From contig JADZFO010000038.1 in NCBI GenBank assembly GCA_020849855.1, forward strand, positions 108,010-172,009: a stretch of 64,000 nt of DNA, written 5' to 3'. The position numbers and the translations under genes are program-made. This document shows positions 41,887 to 52,877 of this stretch, in pieces; position 1 is the first letter of the stretch, and every line of letters begins with the position of its first letter. The notes beneath the pieces are model-generated. The model worked only from the letters and a program-made list of their open reading frames with translations, had not been told where the DNA came from and did not search any database. This DNA is from a bacterium (GTDB lineage: Bacteria; 4484-113; JAFGCY01).

Positions 41887-42068
41887 CTGACAACACAGCG
41901 CACATTGCAGCAAAACACAGCGCACCTTTTGCAAACCGAACTCGCATGCGAAAGCCGATTTCTACTTGAGGCGAGCTGCTCTATCTTGAGCTCTGCGGCT
42001 CCTTGGCTCCGGTGAACCGTGAGAAGGGCGGCGACTGCGCGCCGCCCCAACAGGGATAATGCATCTGC

Positions 42069-43382
42069 GTGCTACTCGCCGTTTACAACGCGCTGATCAG
42101 CGTGCTCTGGCCGCTGCTCTACCTTTACCCGCCCTTTCGGGGCACGATCCGCGCGCGCCTGGGGCACTTTGAGCTGGGCAGCTATGACCCCGCCGCGCCG
42201 GGGCTCAAAGTGCTGGTCAACGCAGTATCCGCCGGCGAGGTTGTCGCGATCAGCTCCTTTATCCGCGAGCTGAAGCGCCGGCGGCCGGACTGCCAGGTGG
42301 TCCTGCTGACCACCACCGACAGCGGGCAGGAGATGGCGCGGCAGAAGCTGGCCGATGCTGTGTCCCTGGCCTGTTATTTCCCCCTCGCCGACCTGCCCTT
42401 TGTGGTCAAGCGCTACCTGGATAAGCTGCGGCCGGAGCTTTACATCTCCTGCGAGTCCGAGCTGTGGCCCAACATCCAGAGCCAGTGCCGGCGGCGCGGG
42501 ATACCGGTGGCCCTGGTCAACGCGCGCCTGTACCTGCATAACAAGACCGGCCTGCGCGGCGCTGTCGTGCGCGGCCTGTATCAGCTTTGCGACCTGATTG
42601 TCTGCCAGGACGAAGACCAGCGCGGGAACTTCCTGAAGTTCGGCCTGCCGGATCAGGTGCTTGCCGTGAGCGGCAACACCAAGTTCGACTTCGAGGTTGA
42701 GGCCTGGGACGAGTGGCGCCTGGCCCAGTGGCGCGAGCTTTTCGCACTGGACCCGCAGCAGCCGGTGCTGGTGGCCGGCTCGACCCACCCCGGGGAGGAA
42801 GCGCTGATCTTCAGCGCCGTGCAGGAGCTGCGCGGCCGCGGAATGCATCTGCAGCTTGTCCTGGCGCCGCGGCACATTGAGCGCATCAGCGAGGTGCAGC
42901 AGAGCGCGCTGCAGGCCGGCTTCCGCCCGCGCCTGCTGAGCCAGCTGCAGGCGCCGGAGGAACACCACGCCAGCCTTGGGGCGCACCACCGCCACGACCT
43001 GGTGCTGGTGGACAGATACGGCGTGCTGCTGGACTGCTACCGCCTGGCGGATCTGGTGCTCATGGGCGGCACCTTCCATCCGAAGGTGGGCGGGCACAAC
43101 ATCCTGGAGGCGACGATCCTGGGCAAGCCGGTGCTGGCCGGGCCGCATGTCTACAGCATCCTGGCCCAGACAGCGATGCTGGAGCGCGCCGAGGCCCTGC
43201 TGCGCGCGGACTGCGACATCTCCAGCGCCGACGGCCCGGCCGCGCTGGCTTCCGCGCTGCAGACCCCGCTGCAGCATCCGGCCCGCAGCGCGGAGCTAGG
43301 GGAGCGCGCGCGCAAGCTGACCCTGGCCAACCAGGGCTCGGCAAAGCGCGCGGTGGACGCAGTGCTGAAGCTGATCCGCTAG
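42069..43382 (+). CDS. waaA: 3-deoxy-D-manno-octulosonic acid (Kdo) transferase
   Basis: 437 aa; LKVLVNAVSAGEVVAISSFIREL (WIHAVSVGE-type motif), CESELWPNI (ETELWPN motif), C-terminal GGTFHPKVGGHNILEATILGKPVLAGPHVYS (glycosyltransferase GT30 C-domain). GTG start with GATAAT 8 nt upstream. Confidence 0.85.
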   Translation: MLLAVYNALISVLWPLLYLYPPFRGTIRARLGHFELGSYDPAAPGLKVLVNAVSAGEVVAISSFIRELKRRRPDCQVVLLTTTDSGQEMARQKLADAVSLACYFPLADLPFVVKRYLDKLRPELYISCESELWPNIQSQCRRRGIPVALVNARLYLHNKTGLRGAVVRGLYQLCDLIVCQDEDQRGNFLKFGLPDQVLAVSGNTKFDFEVEAWDEWRLAQWRELFALDPQQPVLVAGSTHPGEEALIFSAVQELRGRGMHLQLVLAPRHIERISEVQQSALQAGFRPRLLSQLQAPEEHHASLGAHHRHDLVLVDRYGVLLDCYRLADLVLMGGTFHPKVGGHNILEATILGKPVLAGPHVYSILAQTAMLERAEALLRADCDISSADGPAALASALQTPLQHPARSAELGERARKLTLANQGSAKRAVDAVLKLIR

Positions 43383-43554
43383 AGCCTGTACTTGCAAGGG
43401 TGCAGGCCTGCCTGCACTTGTAGGGTGCAGGCCTGCCTGCACCATTTCCGGAGGTGCACGCACGCCTGCACCCTACCGACCTCGATAGCAGAGCGCCCGG
43501 GCGGGATGCCCGGGCGCAATGTCACCTGACTCGCAGGTCAGCCGATAGAGATGA

Positions 43555-44997
43555 CTAAGGTTGGAAGGCCCCGTCTTCCCACTTCTGGAAGAGGGCCTTC
43601 TGGGAGTCCGTCAGGTTGATGGTCGCGTGGAAGCCGAAGGGCGGCATGGAGCCGCTCTGAGCGCGCGAGTTGCCGTGTTGCTTGAAGGTCAAGTCCGTTC
43701 CACCATATGTGTCCCAGTTAACATCCGGATGTGCGCCGTGCCGCTCAGCCCCGGTATAGGCGCTGTTATGGCAGTTCATGCAGACCGGCTCAAAGACCAG
43801 GGGCTTCATGTGCGTGGCATAGCTCACGGTGTCAGGAATCGTGTAGGCCGTCGCCGTGAAGTCCTGGGTCTGGTCATGGTCTCCGGTGAGGAAGGCTTTG
43901 GGTGGATCAAAGCTGAAGCCGCTCAGCAGGGGCACCACGCGGAAGTCCTCGATCTCATTCAGGATCTCGAAGCTGTAGTTACCCTGCGCGTCGGTCACGG
44001 TATCCAGCTGCTCAAAGGGCACCATCACGGTCACGCCGGCCAGCGGAGTATCGCCGTCCATGATCTTGCCGCTGATGGTGAAGGGCGGGCCGCCGCCCTG
44101 CAGGGTGCCGACAAAGTTCTGGCCGCTGACATCCGCGTTGCTCACCGTCACGTCCCGGTTGGGCGGGGCGAAGGTGAAGCCCGTCAGGCTGGGGGTCAGC
44201 GTGTAGTCCCCGGCTTCGATATCCTCAAAGCTGAAACTGCCGTCAATGCCGGACTGGGCCACATGGCCGCCGGGCTGCAGGCTGAGGTTGACGCCGGGCA
44301 GCGCGACGGAGCCCGCGCTGTTGGTGACGGTGCCGCTGACGGTGAAGCTGGGGGTCTGGCCGTCGTCGACGGTCAATTGGACCTGCTGCACCGAAGCGGT
44401 GGTGGAGTCATAGGCGAGGGCCAGGCCATAAACCCGGCCGCCGGGGGACTTGTAATTCCCGTTGTTGAGGTTCAGGAAGGCCTTGGCGCCGGCCAGTGTG
44501 GGATAAGGCCCCTTGAAGTCCCAGGCCAGGCGCTCATAGTTGGCGATGGCGATCCAGGCGCTGCCCGGGGAGCTGACGTCCATGGTGAAGACAAGGGCCT
44601 GCAGCGTACCGGCGGGCGGGGTGAACTCAAACATGCCGTACTCGAAGCCGCCGGCAGGCGCGACGAGGGACAGGTTGGAGCCGTCGTTGACGGCGCCGGC
44701 CGAACGCGGGCTGGCCTGGCTGCCGGTGAGGGTCAGGGTCTGCAGCACCGTGGCCCCGCGCGCGCTGTCCATCGGGATAGGCGGCAGGCCGCGCAGCATG
44801 GCAGCCAGCGGTGGCTGGGAGCCGGGACGCGCATCCGAGGGGCGTGCGTCCGTCTGGCGTGCGTCGGTCTGGCGCAGGTTCTCAAGGCTGCCGCTTTCCG
44901 GCCTGCCTGCGCAGGCGGAGAGTGCTGCTGCGAGCAGACAGACTGCGACAGTCTGAACAGCCCGGATAAACAAGGGGACACTGGTCTTTATGCTCAT
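43555..44997 (-). CDS. secreted lipoprotein with shared N-terminal module, two carboxypeptidase-regulatory-like (Cna-B/CarbopepD_reg) domains and a C-terminal CxxCH heme-binding domain
   Basis: 480 aa; lipobox LLAAALSACAG. AWIAIANYERLAWDFKGP N-module motif. Two ~80-aa segments with G.V...G.P..G..V.L......T...G.Y.F pattern. C-terminal VCMNCHNSAYTGAERHGAHPD. Confidence 0.55.
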   Translation of the reverse strand: MSIKTSVPLFIRAVQTVAVCLLAAALSACAGRPESGSLENLRQTDARQTDARPSDARPGSQPPLAAMLRGLPPIPMDSARGATVLQTLTLTGSQASPRSAGAVNDGSNLSLVAPAGGFEYGMFEFTPPAGTLQALVFTMDVSSPGSAWIAIANYERLAWDFKGPYPTLAGAKAFLNLNNGNYKSPGGRVYGLALAYDSTTASVQQVQLTVDDGQTPSFTVSGTVTNSAGSVALPGVNLSLQPGGHVAQSGIDGSFSFEDIEAGDYTLTPSLTGFTFAPPNRDVTVSNADVSGQNFVGTLQGGGPPFTISGKIMDGDTPLAGVTVMVPFEQLDTVTDAQGNYSFEILNEIEDFRVVPLLSGFSFDPPKAFLTGDHDQTQDFTATAYTIPDTVSYATHMKPLVFEPVCMNCHNSAYTGAERHGAHPDVNWDTYGGTDLTFKQHGNSRAQSGSMPPFGFHATINLTDSQKALFQKWEDGAFQP

Positions 44998-45217
44998 TCC
45001 TTACCTCCCGTATCAGCCGTGAAGAAAGAAAGCCCGGAGGCTGTCTGTGCGGAAGAACCAGCCCACCCGGGCAGTGAGTCAGACCCGTGTGCGAGCAGCC
45101 GGTTCCCGCATTATTAGGATACCCTTGAATCAGGCCGAGTCAGTTAAGGCTGGGTTTAGTCCGCAGACAAGCATGTGGATCATTCCAGCTTTGACAGGGT
45201 GCTGGCGCTGGCCGCGA

Positions 45218-45843
45218 CTAGCGGATCTCCGGCTCGCCGTCGATCTCGACCCAGACATTGATCTGGCCGAAGTCCTGCTTGAGGGTGTCGACGGCATAGT
45301 CCAGCAGCGCGTCGATGCCGCTTTCCGGCAGGCCGAGCATGTAGCGCCGCATGGGCTCGTGGTAGAGCTGGCCTTCATAAACCCAGGCGCCCTGCGCATC
45401 AGAGCGGGTGAAGCCGCCGGCCAGTTCGCACAGGCGCTTCTCCAGGGCATCCAGCTGGGCGGCCGGGATCGGCTCGCCGCTGTTGAAGTTCACGGGGCAG
45501 TGGAAGACGAAAGTGTGCAGCTCCGGGCTGCTGTCAGCCGGCAGCGGCTGCGCCTGTGTTGTCTCGACCACCAGGGCCGCGCCCTCGGCCTCGATCGCAG
45601 CGCTGCTGCTGGCGCCAATGGCGATGCCGCCGCCGCCGGCCTCGATCATGTCGGCATAGGGGCCGAGATAGAAGCCGTACTGGGCCAGCACCTTGAGCAC
45701 GGCATCAGCATCGATGGAGGCGCTGGCCGCCGCCGCGGTGTTGTCGCAGCACTCATCACAGCAGCATTCGTGGGCGCGCGCCAGCACAGGCGCGCTGAGC
45801 ATCAGGGTCGCAAAGACAGCCAGCAGGCTGATGGTGATACGCA
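45218..45843 (-). CDS. secreted hypothetical protein with N-terminal HECCCDECCD cysteine cluster
   Basis: Start at ATG 45843 (MRITISLLAVFATLMLSAPVLA signal peptide), then HECCCDECCDNT. ORF track 45218..45955. CTACCAT -10-like hexamer just upstream of the ATG. Confidence 0.45.
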
Positions 45844-45891
45844 TGCGGGGATGGTAGCACGGTAGGCTGCACGCGTGCCTGCACCTCTGGG

Positions 45892-46341
45892 ATGGGAACC
45901 CGATCCAACGCAGAGGCGCAGAGAACGCAGAGTTTCGCTGAGGAAGACCATGCACTTGAGGCTATACTCGCATTGGTGCGACCCGGCAACCAGCCGTGCG
46001 GTTGCGCGACGCTATTGGCAGTTTACTCATATGACGAACTCGTCAAGATAGTGATGGAGCATCCTTCTCACAGAGTACTCTGGGACAAGGATGTTAAGGC
46101 CGACGACATCCTAAACATAAGTTTTGGAAGCAGCACCATTCACTTTGGATCGTTTCAAGCCTACCTGCACGGGCATCGCGGCGAAGTGCTTCTTTACTTC
46201 GACGCGAATGGTGACTTGTTAGACATCGAGATTTGCTCTTTCCCAAAATCTTCCTGGTCTGCCACAGGCCGTAAGCAGCCCACCATAGCCATCCGCTGGC
46301 TCAACTTCGTTGACAGACTTCGCTGGGCTCTCAGGATCTAG
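45892..46341 (+). CDS. hypothetical protein in a low-GC islet
   Basis: 149 aa; G+C of 45990-46330 visibly about 47%. No motif recognised. Confidence 0.35.
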   Translation: MGTRSNAEAQRTQSFAEEDHALEAILALVRPGNQPCGCATLLAVYSYDELVKIVMEHPSHRVLWDKDVKADDILNISFGSSTIHFGSFQAYLHGHRGEVLLYFDANGDLLDIEICSFPKSSWSATGRKQPTIAIRWLNFVDRLRWALRI

Positions 46342-46505
46342 GTCAGTTTATTCGGCTCTGCGTAACTCTGCGCCCTCTGCGTCTCTGCGTTTGGATCGGA
46401 ACGCAGCATTCGTGCGAGCTGTAACGGATAGAAGAATGCCGGCTAAAGCCGGCGCTCCGACAGGAAGGGGAAGGTGCAGGCACGCATGCATCCTACAATA
46501 ATGCG

Positions 46506-48836
<2,331 letters not shown>

Positions 48837-48867
48837 GAGGCTCTTAAAGGGAGCCAGCCTGGGGGTA

Positions 48868-49335
48868 GTGATGGAGCGAGCAGTACAGCTGGCTTTGTTG
48901 TGTCTTGCAGTTGCGTGGATGTCGTCGGCCTGCACGCCGGAAGCCGGCGGCAGGACCACTGAATGGATATCGAGATACTCCTCTCCTTTCTTCTTTACCA
49001 GTCTGGAGCCTTATACGCAGCTTGAGTCCAATACTGTAGTTACTACGGAGACAGTTCTGTACGCCTATGTTTATACATACGGCCACACCGGCGAGCGCTA
49101 CGACTCCTGGGTCAAGGTCGAGATAGACCTGGGTGATGGAACTGGCTGGATCGATATCACCGACAAGACGCGCAGCTATTACAAGAAGGGGGCCAGGGAG
49201 TTTAATGCGCTGGCGGTTACTTATGGACGCCCAGGCACCTATCATGTGCGGTCGCGAACAACTTTCAGAGGTGGCGAAATTGTCTACTCCAATAGCTTTG
49301 GAGAATCAACAGGCCTGGTCGTAAGCGCTCCCTAA
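48868..49335 (+). CDS. hypothetical lipoprotein (lower-GC)
   Basis: 155 aa; LLCLAVAWMSSACT lipobox. Thr/Tyr-rich beta-type composition. G+C about 50%. Confidence 0.4.
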   Translation: MMERAVQLALLCLAVAWMSSACTPEAGGRTTEWISRYSSPFFFTSLEPYTQLESNTVVTTETVLYAYVYTYGHTGERYDSWVKVEIDLGDGTGWIDITDKTRSYYKKGAREFNALAVTYGRPGTYHVRSRTTFRGGEIVYSNSFGESTGLVVSAP

Positions 49336-49383
49336 TGTACTGACCTGACGGATCCACCAGTCGGCTCAGGACTGCTACACTGA

Positions 49384-50289
49384 TTGCAGATGCAACAGGA
49401 GCGCAGAGCCGGGCAATTGCAGGCCGATGGACTACTTCCAGAGCTGGAGTCAGTCGCGCTTAACACCTCTACCGACTCGCAGCCGGCTGAAGGCGGCCTG
49501 GGCGACGACTTGCTGGCCAGAATTGAAGTCCGACTGGGGCGGAAGCTGGCCCCCACTGAGCGAGCAATCCTCGCGCGCCCACCTGCCAAAGAGCCCAGTC
49601 TTTCCTTCCTGGCTTACCAGATCCTCGGCGAGCTGCGCCATCGGCGCGAGAAGCTGCTGCTGCCGCTCAGCAGCGTGCTTACAAACGATCTCACGGCAAG
49701 CGGCATGGAAATGCGTTCGCGCCCCTGGGCCGAAATCCTGCTGGGTCTGTGGCCGGTGCCTTTTATTGTTTCTGATTACGCAGGCGGCGGCCAGCCCAGC
49801 CTGCTGCTGCCAGGGCTGCTGGTGCTGGGCGTCGTGCAGACGGTCCTGGTGCTGGCCAGTGAGCTGCGTCTCAAGAAGAAGGTCGATGCGGGCCTGCGGG
49901 ACATCAGCCTGATCATGCGCGCGATTGAAGCTGACCCGGGGCTGCTGGAGATCCGCGAGCACGTGCCGCCACCCTGGAGCTGGCTTTTCTTTAGCGGGAA
50001 GTACAGGAGCCTGAAGGATTATGTCGCCCTGCTAAGCGCCAACCTGGACTGGTATCTGGGCCCGCCGCGGATGCTGCTGCGCTGGAGCTGGATCACGGGC
50101 CCGCTGGGCGCGGCGGCACTGGCCAGCGCAGTGTGGTTCTGGGGCCTCGGCCCCGGCGGCGCGCCAGGCGTAAACACCATGGCAGTCGCAATGGCGGGCT
50201 TTTACCTGCTGGTATATGCCTTGCGGCATGAGTCATCGCGCCGGGCCTACTTTATCGACAAGCTGATTGAAGTGCTGCGGACCCCCTGA
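49384..50289 (+). CDS. hypothetical polytopic membrane protein
   Basis: 301 aa; several TM helices (LLGLWPVPFIVSDY, LLLPGLLVLGVVQTVLVLA, WSWITGPLGAAALASAVWFWGL, AVAMAGFYLLVYAL). Confidence 0.4.
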   Translation: MQMQQERRAGQLQADGLLPELESVALNTSTDSQPAEGGLGDDLLARIEVRLGRKLAPTERAILARPPAKEPSLSFLAYQILGELRHRREKLLLPLSSVLTNDLTASGMEMRSRPWAEILLGLWPVPFIVSDYAGGGQPSLLLPGLLVLGVVQTVLVLASELRLKKKVDAGLRDISLIMRAIEADPGLLEIREHVPPPWSWLFFSGKYRSLKDYVALLSANLDWYLGPPRMLLRWSWITGPLGAAALASAVWFWGLGPGGAPGVNTMAVAMAGFYLLVYALRHESSRRAYFIDKLIEVLRTP

Positions 50290-50308
50290 AACTTCAGGCG
50301 GTCGCGCC

Positions 50309-50956
50309 TCAGACCGGTCGCAGGCGCAGACCCGGCTGCATCTCGCGCATCAGCAGGTACATATCCAGCGCGCAATAGCGCTGTAACGTTTCCGGTGTGC
50401 CCCGCAAGCTGTGGCACAGCCGCGGAAGATCCGGTTCATTCCCGCGCAGAAGGCTGATCATCGCCAGTGCGTTGTCCTTCTCCCAGACGAACTCGTGCTC
50501 ATCCGAGGCGGCGATCCGCTCGGTGCTGGCGATCAGCAGCCGCAGGTCGCCAAGGAAATAGGCGAGGCTGGCGGCGCGCACCGCGGCAATCATGCCATGA
50601 CGCAATTGAAAGTCGAAGTACTGCTTCAGGCAGCGCGGATCGTCCAGCCGTGCTGCAACCATAATGTAGTCAAGGCAGAAGGCGTCCCAGCCGACAAGGC
50701 TTGAGCCGCCTGAAACCTGAATGCGTCCGGCGAACCGGGCGAGGTTGTCAAGGGGTCGGCGGTCGAAGGTGCGGCTGCAGGTATAGGCGGCCACGTAGGC
50801 CGTCTGCAGCGGCCAGCGCTCATCCCCGAAATCGCTGTGGGCGGACAGTTCGCAGAACCTGTTCATCGCAGTGAGCGACGACAGGAACAGCCTTGATTCT
50901 ACAAACCTGCTGTAAAGCACTCTCCCCCACCTCGCTGTAACAGCCTTGCCAGCCAC
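50309..50956 (-). CDS. uncharacterized ~220-aa all-alpha-type protein, paralog 3 of a tandem triplet
   Basis: 215 aa; shares with 51104..51778 and 51829..52497 the blocks Y(V/I)(E/D)S..F(L/I)SS...M..F, ERWP(L/I)..AY.AAYTCSRTFD, Y.MVAARLDDP..L..YF, AAVR.ASLAY.LG. No known catalytic motif recognised. Confidence 0.45.
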   Translation of the reverse strand: MAGKAVTARWGRVLYSRFVESRLFLSSLTAMNRFCELSAHSDFGDERWPLQTAYVAAYTCSRTFDRRPLDNLARFAGRIQVSGGSSLVGWDAFCLDYIMVAARLDDPRCLKQYFDFQLRHGMIAAVRAASLAYFLGDLRLLIASTERIAASDEHEFVWEKDNALAMISLLRGNEPDLPRLCHSLRGTPETLQRYCALDMYLLMREMQPGLRLRPV

Positions 50957-51103
50957 CAGATACTAACGAACAAATCAGATATGCGCTGGAGTTTGGCCCC
51001 AAGTTTGCACGGAGCGCACCAGCGCTGATGCAGGCAATAAGAAAGAGTGCGGATAAATGCACTATGCCGGACAAGCAGGGAATTGACTGACGGTCAGCTT
51101 GCG

Positions 51104-51778
51104 TCAGGCAGCTTCCGTACGCAGACCTGGATGCATCAGTCGCAGCAGGAGATTCAGGTCGAGCGTGCAGTACTGCATATGTTCCGGCTGAGCATGTTTC
51201 AGCTGTCTGCACAGTGCCGGCAGGTCCGGCGATCTGCGCCGCAGCAGGCGGTACAGCGCGGTCGCGTTCTCGGCTTCCCAGCGGAAACTCGGCTGCGGGT
51301 CAGCCTTGATGCGTTCTATGCTCTCGGCTAGCAGCTCCGGCATTCCGAGATAGTGCGCCAGGCTCGCCGTGCGGACAGCAGTTATCGTTCCGCGGTAGTC
51401 AGGGTTGGCAAAGTAGGGGCGCAGGACCTGCGGATCATCCAGTCTTGCTGCAACCATCACGTAATCGGCGCAGAAAGACTCCCACCAGCTCAGCGAACCC
51501 TGCAGAAAGCTGCTCTCCCTGGCTAAGAGCAGCGCAATCTCTTCAAGCGCAGGCGCATCGAAAGTCCGGCTGCAGGTATAAGCTGCGAGGTAGGCGGTGC
51601 GAATCGGCCAGCGCTCGTTCTGCAGGCCCAGCCGGCAGGTGTCGCGCACGAAGCTGCGCATCCCGTTGCTGGATGACAAGAAGAGCCCCGACTCGACATA
51701 CTTGCTGCAGAGCATCGCCTTTAGAATCCGAAGCCGCCTTCGGGTCTCGAATTCTAACATGCCAGGTCGCATGTACAT
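51104..51778 (-). CDS. uncharacterized ~220-aa protein, paralog 2 of tandem triplet
   Basis: 224 aa; see paralog block description (CSKYVESGLFLSSSNGMRSF...NERWPIRTAYLAAYTCSRTFD...YVMVAARLDDPQVLRPYF). Confidence 0.45.
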   Translation of the reverse strand: MYMRPGMLEFETRRRLRILKAMLCSKYVESGLFLSSSNGMRSFVRDTCRLGLQNERWPIRTAYLAAYTCSRTFDAPALEEIALLLARESSFLQGSLSWWESFCADYVMVAARLDDPQVLRPYFANPDYRGTITAVRTASLAHYLGMPELLAESIERIKADPQPSFRWEAENATALYRLLRRRSPDLPALCRQLKHAQPEHMQYCTLDLNLLLRLMHPGLRTEAA

Positions 51779-51828
51779 GCAAGTGTTCGCCGCCTGTAAC
51801 AGCGAATTCGCTTAGCAGCCAGGAGTGC

Positions 51829-52497
51829 TTAGGCGCTGCCTGTTGTGCCGCCGGGGCAGCGGGCCAGACTGCGCTGGAGGATCTGCACATCTGTTGAAAC
51901 ATAGGGCAGGTAGCTGCAGCCCTCAAGGCGGCTGGCCGTCCGGCACAGGCTGACAAGGTCCGCCCGGCCGCACTTGAGCGCGGAGTACATCGCCTCCGCG
52001 AACTCCAGCTCCCATTCCTTGTCCGGCGGCGCGATGGGACGGCGGTTAATCTCCGCGCGCTGCGCGCGCACGCTGGCGAAGAGCAGCACCTCATCGCGGA
52101 GAAAATAGGCCAGCGAGGCTATGCGCGTCGCGCAGCGGAATGCGTCGTCGCCTTCAAGCTCAAGGTAGGGCAGCAGCACTGCGCTGTCGAGCTCCCGCGC
52201 GGCAACCAGAGCATAGTTGTAGCGAAACTCGTCTTCCCAGCTCTCGATGCGCGAGGCGTAATGGTGCGCAAGCTGCGCCATGCGGGGCAATGGCCGTTCA
52301 TCCCACATCCGTGTGCAGGTAAAAACAACCACAGCGATCACGCGCAGCGGGTTGCGCTCCTTGTCGAAGTCCGCGGTCAGAGACTCTTCCAGGAAGGCCT
52401 CCATGGACACCAGCGATGAAATGAAGGCACACGAATCGATGTAGCGGTCGAAGAGCGATCCTTCAATCTTCTTTACTTCTGTTGTTAGAGTATTCAC
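51829..52497 (-). CDS. uncharacterized ~220-aa protein, paralog 1 of tandem triplet (most divergent)
   Basis: 222 aa; FDRYIDSCAFISSLVSMEAF...KERNPLRVIAVVVFTCTRMWD...YALVAARELDSAVLLPYL. GTG start overlaps the stop of the small ORF (GTGA). Confidence 0.45.
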   Translation of the reverse strand: MNTLTTEVKKIEGSLFDRYIDSCAFISSLVSMEAFLEESLTADFDKERNPLRVIAVVVFTCTRMWDERPLPRMAQLAHHYASRIESWEDEFRYNYALVAARELDSAVLLPYLELEGDDAFRCATRIASLAYFLRDEVLLFASVRAQRAEINRRPIAPPDKEWELEFAEAMYSALKCGRADLVSLCRTASRLEGCSYLPYVSTDVQILQRSLARCPGGTTGSA

Positions 52498-52718
52498 GAA
52501 TCACCTGGGCAGTCTTTCAGACAGTAACAGCGGTACAGGGCATTGGCGACTTGCGGCAGGCTCATGGCGTTGATTGTGGCTGGTGCCAAGGGCGGAACCC
52601 CTCCGTCTGGATAGTCATAAACTATCCACCAGGCATCCCAGCGCCATTGGTTAGTGGTACCAGAAGTCATCGACATCAACTGGCCCAGAATCTGCTGTTC
52701 TGAATACTGGCAAGCCAT
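52494..52718 (-). CDS. small Trp/Cys-rich protein (74 aa) translationally coupled to the paralog triplet; possible precursor-peptide-like gene
   Basis: MACQYSEQQILGQLMSMTSGTTNQWRWDAWWIVYDYPDGGVPPLAPATINAMSLPQVANALYRCYCLKDCPGDS. On its coding strand: TATAAT, 27 nt, GGGGGA SD 5 nt before the ATG. Stop overlaps the next gene's GTG. Confidence 0.4.
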   Translation of the reverse strand: MACQYSEQQILGQLMSMTSGTTNQWRWDAWWIVYDYPDGGVPPLAPATINAMSLPQVANALYRCYCLKDCPGDS

Positions 52719-52877
52719 AACGTCCCCCGAAACTCGGAGACATTATATCTGCGCAGACTTTGGCCCTGCGGCAGCGGCATAGTGATTTAACCTGATTTTA
52801 GGCCTGCCAGAACCGCCGTCAGCACACATCAATTCAGTGCTCGCCCTGATGCCGCAGCAGCAGTGCTATAACGGGAA

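Noticed and set aside
43383-43554. Possible small RNA or mobile element in the waaA / lipoprotein convergent gap (repeated GGGTGCAGGCCTGCCTGCAC hairpins, GCCCGGGCGGGATGCCCGGGC)
   Set aside because: More simply explained as stacked convergent terminators or REP-like hairpins. No conserved RNA motif recognised.
52494-52718. Assigning the 74-aa ORF to a specific RiPP class (lanthipeptide, NHLP, etc.)
   Set aside because: No recognisable leader motif (no double-Gly, no NHLP/Nif11 signature) and no known modification-enzyme partner identified. Kept as an unclassified candidate.
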